DNA of 64,000 nt from Candidatus Omnitrophota bacterium. GTDB lineage: Bacteria; Omnitrophota; Omnitrophia; Omnitrophales; JACROU01. The notes under the pieces were generated by a model. It saw only the letters and a list, made by a program, of their open reading frames with translations, was not told the origin of the DNA and searched no databases. This document shows, one piece after another, positions 9,773 through 19,293 of the stretch. Position 1 is the first letter of the stretch, and the number at the start of each line of letters is the position of its first letter. Both the position numbers and the translations under genes were made by a program. The stretch is taken from contig JAJDCD010000023.1 of assembly GCA_029261035.1 (NCBI GenBank), positions 301,126 to 365,125 on the forward strand. The letters are read 5' to 3'.

Positions 9773-11092
9773 ATGTTATCCTCACAGGTATATAAACAAC
9801 GACGTGCAAAGTTGATGAAGCAGATGAAAGAGGGTGCCTGTCTCATTTTTTCCGCCCCTGTTGTTAAGCGGAATAACGATGTGGAGTATGATTACCGACA
9901 GGATTCCAACTTTTATTATCTAACAGGATTCGAAGAGCCCGAAGCTGCTTTGCTTTTGCTGCCAAAGGCAAAAAAAGATAAAATTATTTTATTTTGCCGA
10001 CCTAAAGATAAGGCACAAGAAATTTGGGTGGGACATCGAGAAGGTGTTGCAGGGGCTAAAAAGAATTTTGGCGCGGATAAAGCGCATCCTATAGCGACAC
10101 TCCACAAACAACTTTCAACCTATTTACAGGGTTCGAAAGTGCTGTATTACTCTTTGGGCTCTCAAAAATACTGTGATGCACTTGTGACTAGACAATTAAA
10201 TCATTTGCGAGCACAAGTCCGTTCGGGGATGAGCTATCCCACCGAAATCAAAGATCCGGTAGGTTTTATTAGTGAAATGCGATTATTTAAATCCAAAGAA
10301 GAAATAGATGCTTTAAAAGAGGCAACGCAAATTTCATCTGAAGGACACGAGATGGCTATGCGGATGACCGTGCCAGGAATTAATGAATATGAAATCGATG
10401 CCACACTTCAATACTGTTTTAGGTCGAGTGGTTCTGTTCGATTGGGTTATCCTAACATTGTTGCTTCGGGAGTTAATGCAACAACCCTCCATTACACAAA
10501 GAATAATCGAAAAATGAAATCAGGAGACTTATTGTTAATCGATGCAGGAACAGAAGCGGATTATTTTACAGCAGATATCACCCGAACTTTTCCCGTAAAT
10601 GGAAAATTCACAAAAGAACAAGCGGCTATTTATTCTATTGTGTTAAAGGCGCAAAAAGCAGCAATACACCATGTGAAGCCGGGGGTTACATTTCAGAGTG
10701 TTCATAACGTTGCTGTCAGAAAGCTTTCTGAAGGATTAAAATCATTAGGAGTTTTGAAGGGAACCTTAAAACAAATCATCGAAAAAGAATCTTATTCTCG
10801 TTTTTATATGCATCGAACAAGCCATTGGTTGGGTATGGATGTGCATGATTGTGGTGCCTATCAGATTAATGGCAAATCCAGAAAACTGGAACCAGGTATG
10901 GTTCTTACGGTAGAACCCGGGCTTTATTTTAGAAAAGATGAAAAAGGATACCCTGCAAAATATCGAGGCATTGGTATTCGAATAGAAGATGATATTCTCG
11001 TCACCCGCTCAGGAAATCAGGTCCTATCTGAAGCCGCCCCAAAAGAAATCAAAGATATCGAAGCTATCGTAGGAAAAGGCATCGAACTCTAA
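9773..11092 (+). CDS. pepP: Xaa-Pro aminopeptidase
   Basis: YRQDSNFYYLTG, LHY, DAG, DITRTFP, HWLGMDVHD, TVEPGLY, GIRIEDD. Confidence 0.95.
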   Translation: MLSSQVYKQRRAKLMKQMKEGACLIFSAPVVKRNNDVEYDYRQDSNFYYLTGFEEPEAALLLLPKAKKDKIILFCRPKDKAQEIWVGHREGVAGAKKNFGADKAHPIATLHKQLSTYLQGSKVLYYSLGSQKYCDALVTRQLNHLRAQVRSGMSYPTEIKDPVGFISEMRLFKSKEEIDALKEATQISSEGHEMAMRMTVPGINEYEIDATLQYCFRSSGSVRLGYPNIVASGVNATTLHYTKNNRKMKSGDLLLIDAGTEADYFTADITRTFPVNGKFTKEQAAIYSIVLKAQKAAIHHVKPGVTFQSVHNVAVRKLSEGLKSLGVLKGTLKQIIEKESYSRFYMHRTSHWLGMDVHDCGAYQINGKSRKLEPGMVLTVEPGLYFRKDEKGYPAKYRGIGIRIEDDILVTRSGNQVLSEAAPKEIKDIEAIVGKGIEL

Positions 11093-11117
11093 CCCAAGGT
11101 AGAAGCGCCATTTACCC

Positions 11118-11175
11118 CCTCAAACAGGCCCGGGCCTCCTTTTTTCGAAAAAAGGCGGCCCGGGCCAGTTTGAGG
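11118..11175. repeat. Long GC-rich hairpin (GGCCCGGGCC arms); may also act as a terminator
   Basis: cctcaaacaggcccgggcc..cctttttt cg aaaaaagg..ggcccgggccagtttgagg. Confidence 0.7.
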
Positions 11176-11239
11176 AATTTTAGACCTAAATTATTATAAA
11201 TAAACAACTTAGGCGATGTTAAAAAAGAAGGGCCTTTCT

Positions 11240-11268
11240 TTGACTTTTCGGGTTTTGACGGGTATTAT
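11240..11268 (+). promoter_or_regulatory. Putative sigma70 promoter of giant protein 1
   Basis: TTGACT-17 nt-TATTAT, followed by RBS-like GAGGTGG. Confidence 0.55.
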
Positions 11269-11303
11269 TAAAGTTTTATTAATGTTTGAGGTGGTAAATC
11301 TGA

Positions 11304-14300
11304 ATGCAAGAAAAATTGAGAAAAACTTCTATTCAACTTATTTCTTTCCTTGTGTTGATTGTGTTTTGTCTCGAAAGTATGGGTTTTGCTCAGCTTTCAA
11401 GTGGACTTAATTCTGCGCAGGTCCAACCTGTGTCTTTAATACCTAACAAAGCTTTTCTAGACACCTTCACAATTCCTAGAGATGTGGGTGTTATTCAAAA
11501 ACAAGTTTACTCGCATCCTATTTCTGAAGAACATCCCTTATTAATTCATTTGCAAGATGCGCATGCGAACCCAGAAGCTCAATCTAATATGGCTAAAATT
11601 TTAGAATATCTTAATAAAGAAAAAGGAATTCAACATGTATTTGTTGAAGGTGCTATTGGAAAGCTTGATAGAAGGTATTTGAATTTTTCTAAAGAGGACG
11701 CTATAAACAAAAAAATACAAAACAGATTGATTCAATTAGGAGAGTTTACAGCTTCGGACATTTATTTAGCGAAGCATAAAGAAAAAATGCTTTTCCTTGG
11801 AATTGAGCAAGAAGATTTGTATCGAAAAAATAGAGAACTACTAACGCAAGTTCTTTCTAGGGGAGAGGAAGCGCAAGCTTGGATTCGAAACAGAAACATT
11901 CAAATAGATACCCAATTAACCCGTCTTCAAAATAAAGACCTTTTGCTTTTATTAAGAAGTTATTCTAATCAAGACAGAAATCATTTTATGAGACAGATTC
12001 AACTTCTTCAAAAATTAAATAAGAAGCACCTTAAACAAGATTTGAGTGATCCGAAATTTCAAAAACAATTCCCAAATATGGTTCGTTTAACTCAGTTGAA
12101 ACAGGAACAGAAAAAATTGGATCTAGAAAAAGCTCAGAACGAATGGCTTAGTTTAAAGAAATCAATCGTAGGAAGTGAAAGTTGGAAAGTTACAACAGAA
12201 ATCGAAGAGGTGCTTTTCTCAAAAGATAAGAAAAACTTAAAGGATACAAATCCACGTTACTTATTAGAGCATTTCTATGAACAGGCTATAAAGGCAAGTG
12301 ATACATTTTCATTTAATTCTTATTCTCATCTTTCAGGGTTTGCTCGAAACAAAATATTTCAAGTTGAGTTAATGGCACAACCGCTATTTTTAGAAATAGA
12401 ACAAGTTTACGCGAACCTTTTAAACAGTGTGGCTCAAGGGGAAGAAGAAGAAAATGTGGTTCAGCTTGTAAAGCGTCATCTTTTAACTTCGAAGCTGTTG
12501 CAACTTAAGCTGACTCAAGAAGAGTGGAGAAAGCTACAAAACCAATCAGACACTTTGCCTACAAATCTAGAGCTTATTAATTTAGCATTCACTTTTTATA
12601 AAACAGCAGAAGCTCGAGATCAAGTTTTTGTTGAAAACATTCAAAAACAGTTAAAAGAAAGAAAAATTTCAAAGGCAGTTGTTATTACTGGTGGGTTTCA
12701 TAGCGAGGGTGTCGAAACAGCATTTAAGAATAATCAATGGAACTATGGAACGGTTACACCTCAATTTCATTCTGTGGACGTAGATTTTTATGCAAAAAAT
12801 ATTATGGGAAGGCATCACCAAGATATTGAAAGTTTTCAAGTTGCTAGTGTTCCTTATGCAACATCTCCCAAATTAGCAGATAGATTAGGCGTTGATGCTC
12901 AACAACGCGGCTTACTTGTAGAGACGCTGCGTGGTGCGATTCAAAAAGCAGCAAGCTTAGGTAATGGAAAAGCTCAAGTTGAAGGGTTGGTGTCGTATCA
13001 AACGCGTATTAATAGTAAGGGATACAAACTAGCAACGCATTTAGTTCCTTATATTTCTGAAGGTGTGCTTGGACAACCGCGTCTTATGTGGATTACCTCA
13101 GTTTATGATGCTTCGAACAAATCGGTATCAACGATGTCGGCTACTGTTCCTTATGAGCAATATAATTATGTTCAAGACATGCATCAAAAGGTAGCTGTGG
13201 AAATGAAGGTAATCACAGGAAAAAATAGCGAAAGAAAACGTTTAGCTTATCCTTTCTTTAAAACAAAAAAAGAAAGAAAGAAATTGAGAAAATTTTTGAA
13301 ACGTTTTTTTGAAGATTCAGTTGAAGTTGTTTCTAATCCAATGGAGTCAGAAAAATTAGTGAGTGTTGGGAAGAGGCTAGCGAAACGTGATAGACCAGAA
13401 AAACAAACGCTTAATGCAGCTTTAATTGTTTTGGGGCGCGCACTTAAAGAAAGTCCTCAAGACCCCAATCAATTTTTATTTTCATTTGAAGCGAATAGTG
13501 CGGAAGATTTTCTTTTAGTACATGGTTTTCAGAATGTAAATCAAAGAAGAGCGATACAAGTAAAAGCAGCATCTTTATGGGTAGAGGCCCAAAAAACATT
13601 GGTGCGAGGAAATAGTTTAGGTTCTGTTGAGCAGCAGGCTCGTCCTATTGATAATGAAGGTTTTCGTTTGGATGCTGGAGAAGAAGCTTTTATTAGATTG
13701 GGGACAGGGGAAGACGGAGATGTTTTTCTTTATCTCAACGAAGCCTATGTGGCTACGATGGACAAGGGTGGAAATCTTACGGATGCTGTTATCTTTGATG
13801 ATTCCAAATTGCTTCCTAAAGAAAAAGGTCCTTTGCTTATAGGTTCTCCTAGATTTGCATATAGCAGGGATGACTTTGATCACTTAAAAGACATCCAAGA
13901 ATTTGGTGAATTAGAAAAGGTGACAACAATACAGCAGCCCATGGGCCAAAAAAAGGGAGGTGTTGGAGTTACTGTTCCTGTAAATGTGCTTATTACGAGT
14001 GATTATTTTCAACAAAATAACAGACATTTAGAACCTATTAAAGCAGCTCTAGGATTTGATGTTCAAGAAAGAATGAGAACAGATGATGTGATTCCAAGTC
14101 CCAAGCTGGGAGATGTCCGTCCTATTTACTTAAAAATAAGTCCGAAATCGAATGGAAATGCTGATGTTGTAGATCGAGCAAAAATTTATGGCCGGCTTTT
14201 TCGAAATAGAGTTTTTCAAACAAATATGGCTGTTACAAGGCCTCTAACAGATCCGCTTCAATTTAAAGCGTTAGGGCTCGACCCAGAAGCGTATCAGGAC

Positions 14301-17150
14301 AAAGATGTTTTTATACAAGAGCCATTAATTATTTTGGATGATGCTATAAAGGATCTTGCTTTAAGACGGCGTCAACAGGCTGTTCAATATTTAATCCGAG
14401 AATTTATTAGTCGAGTAAAAGCAATGTGGAAAACAGGAATTGTTGACATGGATCATCGCCCGGATAATTTCGGAATAGATCCAGAAGCTGTTTTGCGTTT
14501 TCATGATTTTGATTTTACTTTTTCGATGGAGGAGTTTGCTTCTGCAGACCCGATGATTAAAATAGGGTTTTTCGTTAATTTTATAGCTGTAAATTATGAT
14601 ACTTTTTATCGAATTGATAAAGAAGTGTATGAGTATCGTTTAAAAAGAAATTTAGGAAGAGGAGAAGAATTTGCCCCTCAAACGGCTGAATATTTTCTTG
14701 ACCAAGTTAGAGAGATCCGAATTATTGATGATATTATAAGAAAATCAGAAGCAAATGATGACCCTATAGATCCGGATGACTTTAGAAAACTAATTGAAGC
14801 TGGCAGATTTAAAACACAACAAGAAAGAGCAAAAGGATTTCGTTTTTTTGCGGATGCTGTTCAGGAAAGAGCGGGTGAGTTGGCAGCTTTGTTAGGAGAA
14901 GAAGTGTCTACAAGTCGATTATTAAAACCTGCAACGAGAAGAGCACAACTCCAAGAGCATCAATCCCGATGGAAAGATGTTTACTTAAAACCTTATCTAA
15001 ATTTTGGACATAATATCAATCTTATTTTTAAAAAAGCTTTAGAGATGTTAGGGGTTTCGTTTCCCCCTTCTTATTTTTCGAAAGAAGAGGTCTTGTTAGA
15101 AGTTCCAGATATTGTTTTGAGGAGAATACGGGAAACAAAAAAAAATATTAGAAGTTGGAAAAGTAATATAGAAAATGAGCAATTGGTTTTGGCATCTGAA
15201 GATCAAGTTAGAACTTTTGAACGTTATTTGAACTGGATTGACACAAATGTGGCTGAAAATGCTTCTCGGTTAAAACATGTACAGGTGGGTTCGCATGTAG
15301 CTTCATTTCAACTTCCGGTGGAAGGGCCGACAGCACAACGTTTGCATGTAACTATTTTACAAAAAGTGGATCCTACAACAAAGAAACCTTTTCTTCTTGT
15401 GATCGATAAATCAGCTGCTGAAGAAGTTGATTCCCGAAGCATGGTTCTTCATGTGGGCGTAAGAGGATCAAGTCCTCTTAAATATAATTTTAAAGTAGCT
15501 AAAAAAAAGGAAGAGGATAGTCAACAAGAAACGATTAATGTTCCAAGCAATGTTAGTTTTGATCCTAATACGCTTCATCGTCCTGGAGATGCCGCGCAGA
15601 TTACAGCAGAGCGACATAGTTTCACAGGAAAAGAGCTGAAAGGGAAAGGGTATTTAACAAAAAAATACGATAAGCCTACAAAGCAAGCTGTGAATGCTAG
15701 AGGGGATGATCGTCAGAGACCTCCTTCTCAAAGGCTAGAAAGACCAGTTTCTGGACGTTTAAAAAAAGTGGGAGAATCTGGTGTAAAGACACCATCACCA
15801 GAAACTGTTCCAGGACAACAAACAAAAAAACAGAGCGGAGCTCCTACTACTTCATCAGTCCCAAAAATTATATTAGACTTAAGAGGTTTTATTTCTAAAA
15901 GGTTTAGAAATTCAGAAGCATCCATAGCCGTACGCAATGCAAACCAAAGAAGATGGCTATCTCTAATACAAGCAGCTAGAGCTAAGGAGTATTGGCTTGT
16001 AATTTCTATGGCGGTTCCTAGCGTTAAGGAGAGAGTCGTTAAAGAGAATATTCAAGCGGCTATTAGACGATTAAGTCAAATCCCAGAAGATTGGACTAAA
16101 ACGGAACCTCTTGCATTGATGGTGACACAGGCAGGTCTTAGAGTTGAAAACCCAAAAGTTTTTCATCGAAGCGATCAAATATATCAAGGGTACCGCTTTA
16201 TTGATGGTCATTGGAAACATTACTATGTTCAAAAACTTTCTCCAACATCAGGAAGGTATGTTGTCAAAAGCAGAAGCAAAGATGGAAAGAGCGTTACTTG
16301 GACTCCAGCAAAAGGAAATAGTTTGGGGACAGAAAGAAGTCAAGTGGGTGTTGTCCCAGTTGCTATTGAGGTGACGAATCGAGTCGTGGCACCGGAAGAT
16401 TTAGGAAGAGTGGGTTTTGTGGAAATGATTTTAGCTTCGGCATTTGATCCAGTGACTCTAAAAAAACCTATTGCTACTATTCCTCTTGCTGTACTTCAGC
16501 GAGATTTAAATAGAATGTTGGAAGGAGTTGCGGATCTTCATAAGGGGCAGTCTTTGGGTGTTGGAGGAGCGACAAGCGATGTGTTTCAACTGCCTTTAGC
16601 CATCGTTGTAACACAAGATTTAATAGAAGGAAGCCATGGGGATGAGTTGATTGAAAGTTTAAAGTCGGGAAGTCGGGTAATTATAGTTTGGGATAATGAA
16701 GAGAAGCAGCTTTTAACACAGATGCCAGATTCTTTAAAACGATTTAAAAAATCAGCAATGGATAAAGGGATCCAAGTTAGAGATCTTCAAACAAGTAATC
16801 CTTACGTAGGAGAGCTTAAGATTTTGCTTCGAGGATATCAACATGCATTATCAATCCAAACCGACAGGGTAGAAGTGGAGATTCCTGAGTTTCGAAAAAA
16901 TGGGAATCGATTTAAAATTCAAAAAGAACTTTTAAATGACCCTACGAGAAATTATTCTAACTTATTTTCCCTTATTATGCTTATATCTGAGGTTGAGAAC
17001 GAAGAGAAGCGTAATTTAACCTATTCTCGTCTCGGCCTTAAAAGGGAAGCGAAAACAGGATTATGGCTTGTTGGCAATAGTCTTGGAGAGTACCTCGCCG
17101 AACTGCACCAGGCTTTTGTGGTAAGTAAATTGACTGCTCAGGCGGCGTAA
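11304..17150 (+). CDS. Giant modular exported protein 1 (1948 aa): conserved N-terminal domain, xxSLG-delimited cargo including a kinase-like module
   Basis: Signal-like N-terminus; IHLQDAH, VEGAIG, GIE, RD..GGFH shared with 40997-45427; AASLG/GNSLG/GNSLG/GQSLG linkers; DMDHRPDN..HDFD; ends AQAA. Confidence 0.75.
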   Translation: MQEKLRKTSIQLISFLVLIVFCLESMGFAQLSSGLNSAQVQPVSLIPNKAFLDTFTIPRDVGVIQKQVYSHPISEEHPLLIHLQDAHANPEAQSNMAKILEYLNKEKGIQHVFVEGAIGKLDRRYLNFSKEDAINKKIQNRLIQLGEFTASDIYLAKHKEKMLFLGIEQEDLYRKNRELLTQVLSRGEEAQAWIRNRNIQIDTQLTRLQNKDLLLLLRSYSNQDRNHFMRQIQLLQKLNKKHLKQDLSDPKFQKQFPNMVRLTQLKQEQKKLDLEKAQNEWLSLKKSIVGSESWKVTTEIEEVLFSKDKKNLKDTNPRYLLEHFYEQAIKASDTFSFNSYSHLSGFARNKIFQVELMAQPLFLEIEQVYANLLNSVAQGEEEENVVQLVKRHLLTSKLLQLKLTQEEWRKLQNQSDTLPTNLELINLAFTFYKTAEARDQVFVENIQKQLKERKISKAVVITGGFHSEGVETAFKNNQWNYGTVTPQFHSVDVDFYAKNIMGRHHQDIESFQVASVPYATSPKLADRLGVDAQQRGLLVETLRGAIQKAASLGNGKAQVEGLVSYQTRINSKGYKLATHLVPYISEGVLGQPRLMWITSVYDASNKSVSTMSATVPYEQYNYVQDMHQKVAVEMKVITGKNSERKRLAYPFFKTKKERKKLRKFLKRFFEDSVEVVSNPMESEKLVSVGKRLAKRDRPEKQTLNAALIVLGRALKESPQDPNQFLFSFEANSAEDFLLVHGFQNVNQRRAIQVKAASLWVEAQKTLVRGNSLGSVEQQARPIDNEGFRLDAGEEAFIRLGTGEDGDVFLYLNEAYVATMDKGGNLTDAVIFDDSKLLPKEKGPLLIGSPRFAYSRDDFDHLKDIQEFGELEKVTTIQQPMGQKKGGVGVTVPVNVLITSDYFQQNNRHLEPIKAALGFDVQERMRTDDVIPSPKLGDVRPIYLKISPKSNGNADVVDRAKIYGRLFRNRVFQTNMAVTRPLTDPLQFKALGLDPEAYQDKDVFIQEPLIILDDAIKDLALRRRQQAVQYLIREFISRVKAMWKTGIVDMDHRPDNFGIDPEAVLRFHDFDFTFSMEEFASADPMIKIGFFVNFIAVNYDTFYRIDKEVYEYRLKRNLGRGEEFAPQTAEYFLDQVREIRIIDDIIRKSEANDDPIDPDDFRKLIEAGRFKTQQERAKGFRFFADAVQERAGELAALLGEEVSTSRLLKPATRRAQLQEHQSRWKDVYLKPYLNFGHNINLIFKKALEMLGVSFPPSYFSKEEVLLEVPDIVLRRIRETKKNIRSWKSNIENEQLVLASEDQVRTFERYLNWIDTNVAENASRLKHVQVGSHVASFQLPVEGPTAQRLHVTILQKVDPTTKKPFLLVIDKSAAEEVDSRSMVLHVGVRGSSPLKYNFKVAKKKEEDSQQETINVPSNVSFDPNTLHRPGDAAQITAERHSFTGKELKGKGYLTKKYDKPTKQAVNARGDDRQRPPSQRLERPVSGRLKKVGESGVKTPSPETVPGQQTKKQSGAPTTSSVPKIILDLRGFISKRFRNSEASIAVRNANQRRWLSLIQAARAKEYWLVISMAVPSVKERVVKENIQAAIRRLSQIPEDWTKTEPLALMVTQAGLRVENPKVFHRSDQIYQGYRFIDGHWKHYYVQKLSPTSGRYVVKSRSKDGKSVTWTPAKGNSLGTERSQVGVVPVAIEVTNRVVAPEDLGRVGFVEMILASAFDPVTLKKPIATIPLAVLQRDLNRMLEGVADLHKGQSLGVGGATSDVFQLPLAIVVTQDLIEGSHGDELIESLKSGSRVIIVWDNEEKQLLTQMPDSLKRFKKSAMDKGIQVRDLQTSNPYVGELKILLRGYQHALSIQTDRVEVEIPEFRKNGNRFKIQKELLNDPTRNYSNLFSLIMLISEVENEEKRNLTYSRLGLKREAKTGLWLVGNSLGEYLAELHQAFVVSKLTAQAA

Positions 17151-17160
17151 CCTGAGTCTT

Positions 17161-18273
17161 TTAATTTTTAACTTTCGATCTTTTCTGGCAATCTTCGATA
17201 TTTTTTAAGGGACAGAAACTTTGGATGATAGCGTCACTGCAGCTGTAGTGATAAGGGTAGGAGTGGAAGTAAGCAGAGGTGATGATGTTGTTTAATTCCT
17301 TGTCCGAAAGTCCTACGCGTTGTTTGTGATTCCATGAGTGCATTAATTTTTCTGAGTCTTCTTGGTTTAAACCATTTCTTCTAAATTCTGATACTAATCG
17401 AATAGCACAATTATTACGAAAACCTTTTTCAATAGACGAATGTAAAATTTGCAACATTCCTGGACATAAAAAAACTTCGGGGTCTTTACCTAACTTTGCC
17501 TTGATGGGATAGCGAAAAGGTTTCTTTGTGATTTGCCGCACAACTCTTTTAGATCGGTAGAAGATGCGGGAAAGCGTTGGGTTTTCATCGATATGTTTTA
17601 TTCTAGAGACGAGACCCGAATCGTCCGTAAAATGAAGTTCGTGAGGGTAGGTTGCTTTTTCTAAAATGTCTTTAGTAGAAAATTGAAATAGTTCTTCGGG
17701 AAGTAGTTGAACTTTATATTTCTGAGTTTTTTGGTTTTTGGTGTTTGGCAAACGAAGCAAACGAACTTTATCTTTGATGGTAAGATCAAAAATATTTTGC
17801 TCTATTTCAGGCATTTGTAATAAGATTTCTTTTCTAAATTGAGAGAAAGTAATATGTAGATTTTTTGACGGGGTGATGTGTCCTAAGACCCTTGTATCTA
17901 ACATAAAATGAAAACCTTTAGCCCCACTAAAGTAAATTAAACAATCCTCTGCATTAAGGCCGCAATGAGAAAAGAGCATGTTGGCAAAAATACGTGCTTG
18001 ATCTAATGCTTTTTCCAAATCTTGAGAATCTAAATCAAAGGCTAGAAAAGTGGCCCATACTTTCCCGTCATATCCGCCAATCGAAGGACGTCCTTTGTTG
18101 AGATGCATTTCCATATAAGTGAGTATTTCTGGAGGAAAGAAAAAGCAAGATGCGTGACATTCATAATTTTTATAAGATTGAATAAGGTGAGGGATTTCCT
18201 GTAAGGGTACGATGTGATTTCGAAACCCCTTTTGGTGCTGTGCGGCAAATTCCACCAAATGATAGCGTCGCAT
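17161..18273 (-). CDS. Archaeo-eukaryotic primase (prim-pol)-like protein with PriCT-like, Cys-containing C-terminus
   Basis: AFDLDS (motif I DxD), YFSGAKGFH (motif II SxxxGxH), D..RLLRLPNT (motif III), GFRNN helical C-terminal domain. Confidence 0.8.
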   Translation of the reverse strand: MRRYHLVEFAAQHQKGFRNHIVPLQEIPHLIQSYKNYECHASCFFFPPEILTYMEMHLNKGRPSIGGYDGKVWATFLAFDLDSQDLEKALDQARIFANMLFSHCGLNAEDCLIYFSGAKGFHFMLDTRVLGHITPSKNLHITFSQFRKEILLQMPEIEQNIFDLTIKDKVRLLRLPNTKNQKTQKYKVQLLPEELFQFSTKDILEKATYPHELHFTDDSGLVSRIKHIDENPTLSRIFYRSKRVVRQITKKPFRYPIKAKLGKDPEVFLCPGMLQILHSSIEKGFRNNCAIRLVSEFRRNGLNQEDSEKLMHSWNHKQRVGLSDKELNNIITSAYFHSYPYHYSCSDAIIQSFCPLKNIEDCQKRSKVKN

Positions 18274-18341
18274 TTGAGACCCTCGTGGTTACAAAATAAG
18301 TATAACAGGTGGGAGGGGGGAATTGTGGCGGGGGCGTCGTC

Positions 18342-18520
18342 GGAAGAGTTGTTCCCGCAGCTCAGACAGCACAAAAGCAAAAGCCGCTTTTGTGAACTCG
18401 CTTCGGAAACAACTCCTCCTCCTTGTGGAGCACAATTTTGAGGGTGGAGGAGTGACAATTATTGGCATCGAGCCAATAATTGTTATAGGGTAACAGTATC
18501 GTCACATGTGTGACGATGCT
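18342..18520 (-). other. Three-hairpin structured element, copy 1 (subtype A)
   Basis: Stem ggaagagttgttcccg/cggaaacaactcctcc around GCTCAGACAG..AACTCGC; CATCGAG-loop hairpin 18453-18485; cgtcac-atgt-gtgacg hairpin 18495-18520. Strand is inferred. Confidence 0.85.
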
Positions 18521-18597
18521 CTTTTGATGGTTTGAATAGCCTGGGCCCTTTATGCATACAGGCAGGCAAGGGTGTTTGGCCTAAATACCCTCTCGGC

Positions 18598-18626
18598 TTT
18601 ACAATCTGGTAGGGGGAGAGTATACT
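18598..18626 (+). promoter_or_regulatory. Putative sigma70 promoter
   Basis: TTTACA-17 nt-TATACT upstream of the ACT gene. Confidence 0.5.
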
Positions 18627-18725
18627 TATTTGTAAAGAACTGTAACTCTTTATTTGGTGATATGTTAACGAGTTGCTGGGTGATATGAAAGGATTAGGGG
18701 TAGATTTTTTACCCTCATAAACTAT

Positions 18726-19127
18726 ATGTATTCAACTAAACAACTTTCCGTATTTTTAGAAAACCGTCCTGGTGTGTTGGCTCATGCGTGTAATGTCTTA
18801 GGTAGTTCGGATATTAACATTCATGCTATTTCTGTTCATGATACCGTAGATCAAGCGGTTGTTCGTTTCATGGTCGACAATCCAACCAAAGCTTTGCTTC
18901 TCTTGGAACAAGAAGGTTTTTATGTGATTGAGCAAAATGTGGTTGTGATGAATATGGCGAATCAACCTGGAAATTTAGGTGAGATTTCTCGACGTCTTGC
19001 ACTTGCAGATATTAATATTAATTATGCATATGCAACGGCTGGAGAAGGAATGTCTAAAGCGCTTTTGATTTTACGTACAGATGAAATGGAAAGAGCTATC
19101 GAAGCCTTGGAAGAGTTAGAAGCGTAA
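18726..19127 (+). CDS. Tandem ACT-domain protein
   Basis: QLSVFLENRPGVL and NQPGNLG..ININYAYA. Confidence 0.9.
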   Translation: MYSTKQLSVFLENRPGVLAHACNVLGSSDINIHAISVHDTVDQAVVRFMVDNPTKALLLLEQEGFYVIEQNVVVMNMANQPGNLGEISRRLALADININYAYATAGEGMSKALLILRTDEMERAIEALEELEA

Positions 19128-19140
19128 GAATCGGTTGCTT

Positions 19141-19173
19141 ATAGCTGTCAGCCATTAGCTCTTAGCTTTTAGT
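19141..19173. repeat. Degenerate 7-mer tandem repeat
   Basis: atagctg tcagcca ttagctc ttagctt ttagt. Confidence 0.6.
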
Positions 19174-19187
19174 AAATCATTCAAATT

Positions 19188-19284
19188 TGTCTTTGCGAGG
19201 CTAGTAACAAAAAGGGCCACGGCAATCTCAGGTTTTCTATACCTGAGATTGCCGCGGCCCTTTTGTTTAATGACTCGCAATGAC
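19188..19284. repeat. REP-like palindrome (TTGCGAG subfamily) between convergent genes
   Basis: gtctttgcgagg..gggccacggcaatctcagg / cctgagattgccgcggccc..ctcgcaatgac. Confidence 0.85.
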
Positions 19285-19293
19285 TGATTCTAA

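Noticed and set aside
17161-18273. Prophage or integrated plasmid around the primase
   Set aside because: No integrase, att-like direct repeats, tRNA or phage genes nearby.
18042-18458. ORFs 18042-18458 (-) and 18214-18441 (+)
   Set aside because: They overlap the primase gene and element copy 1 and have no protein motifs.
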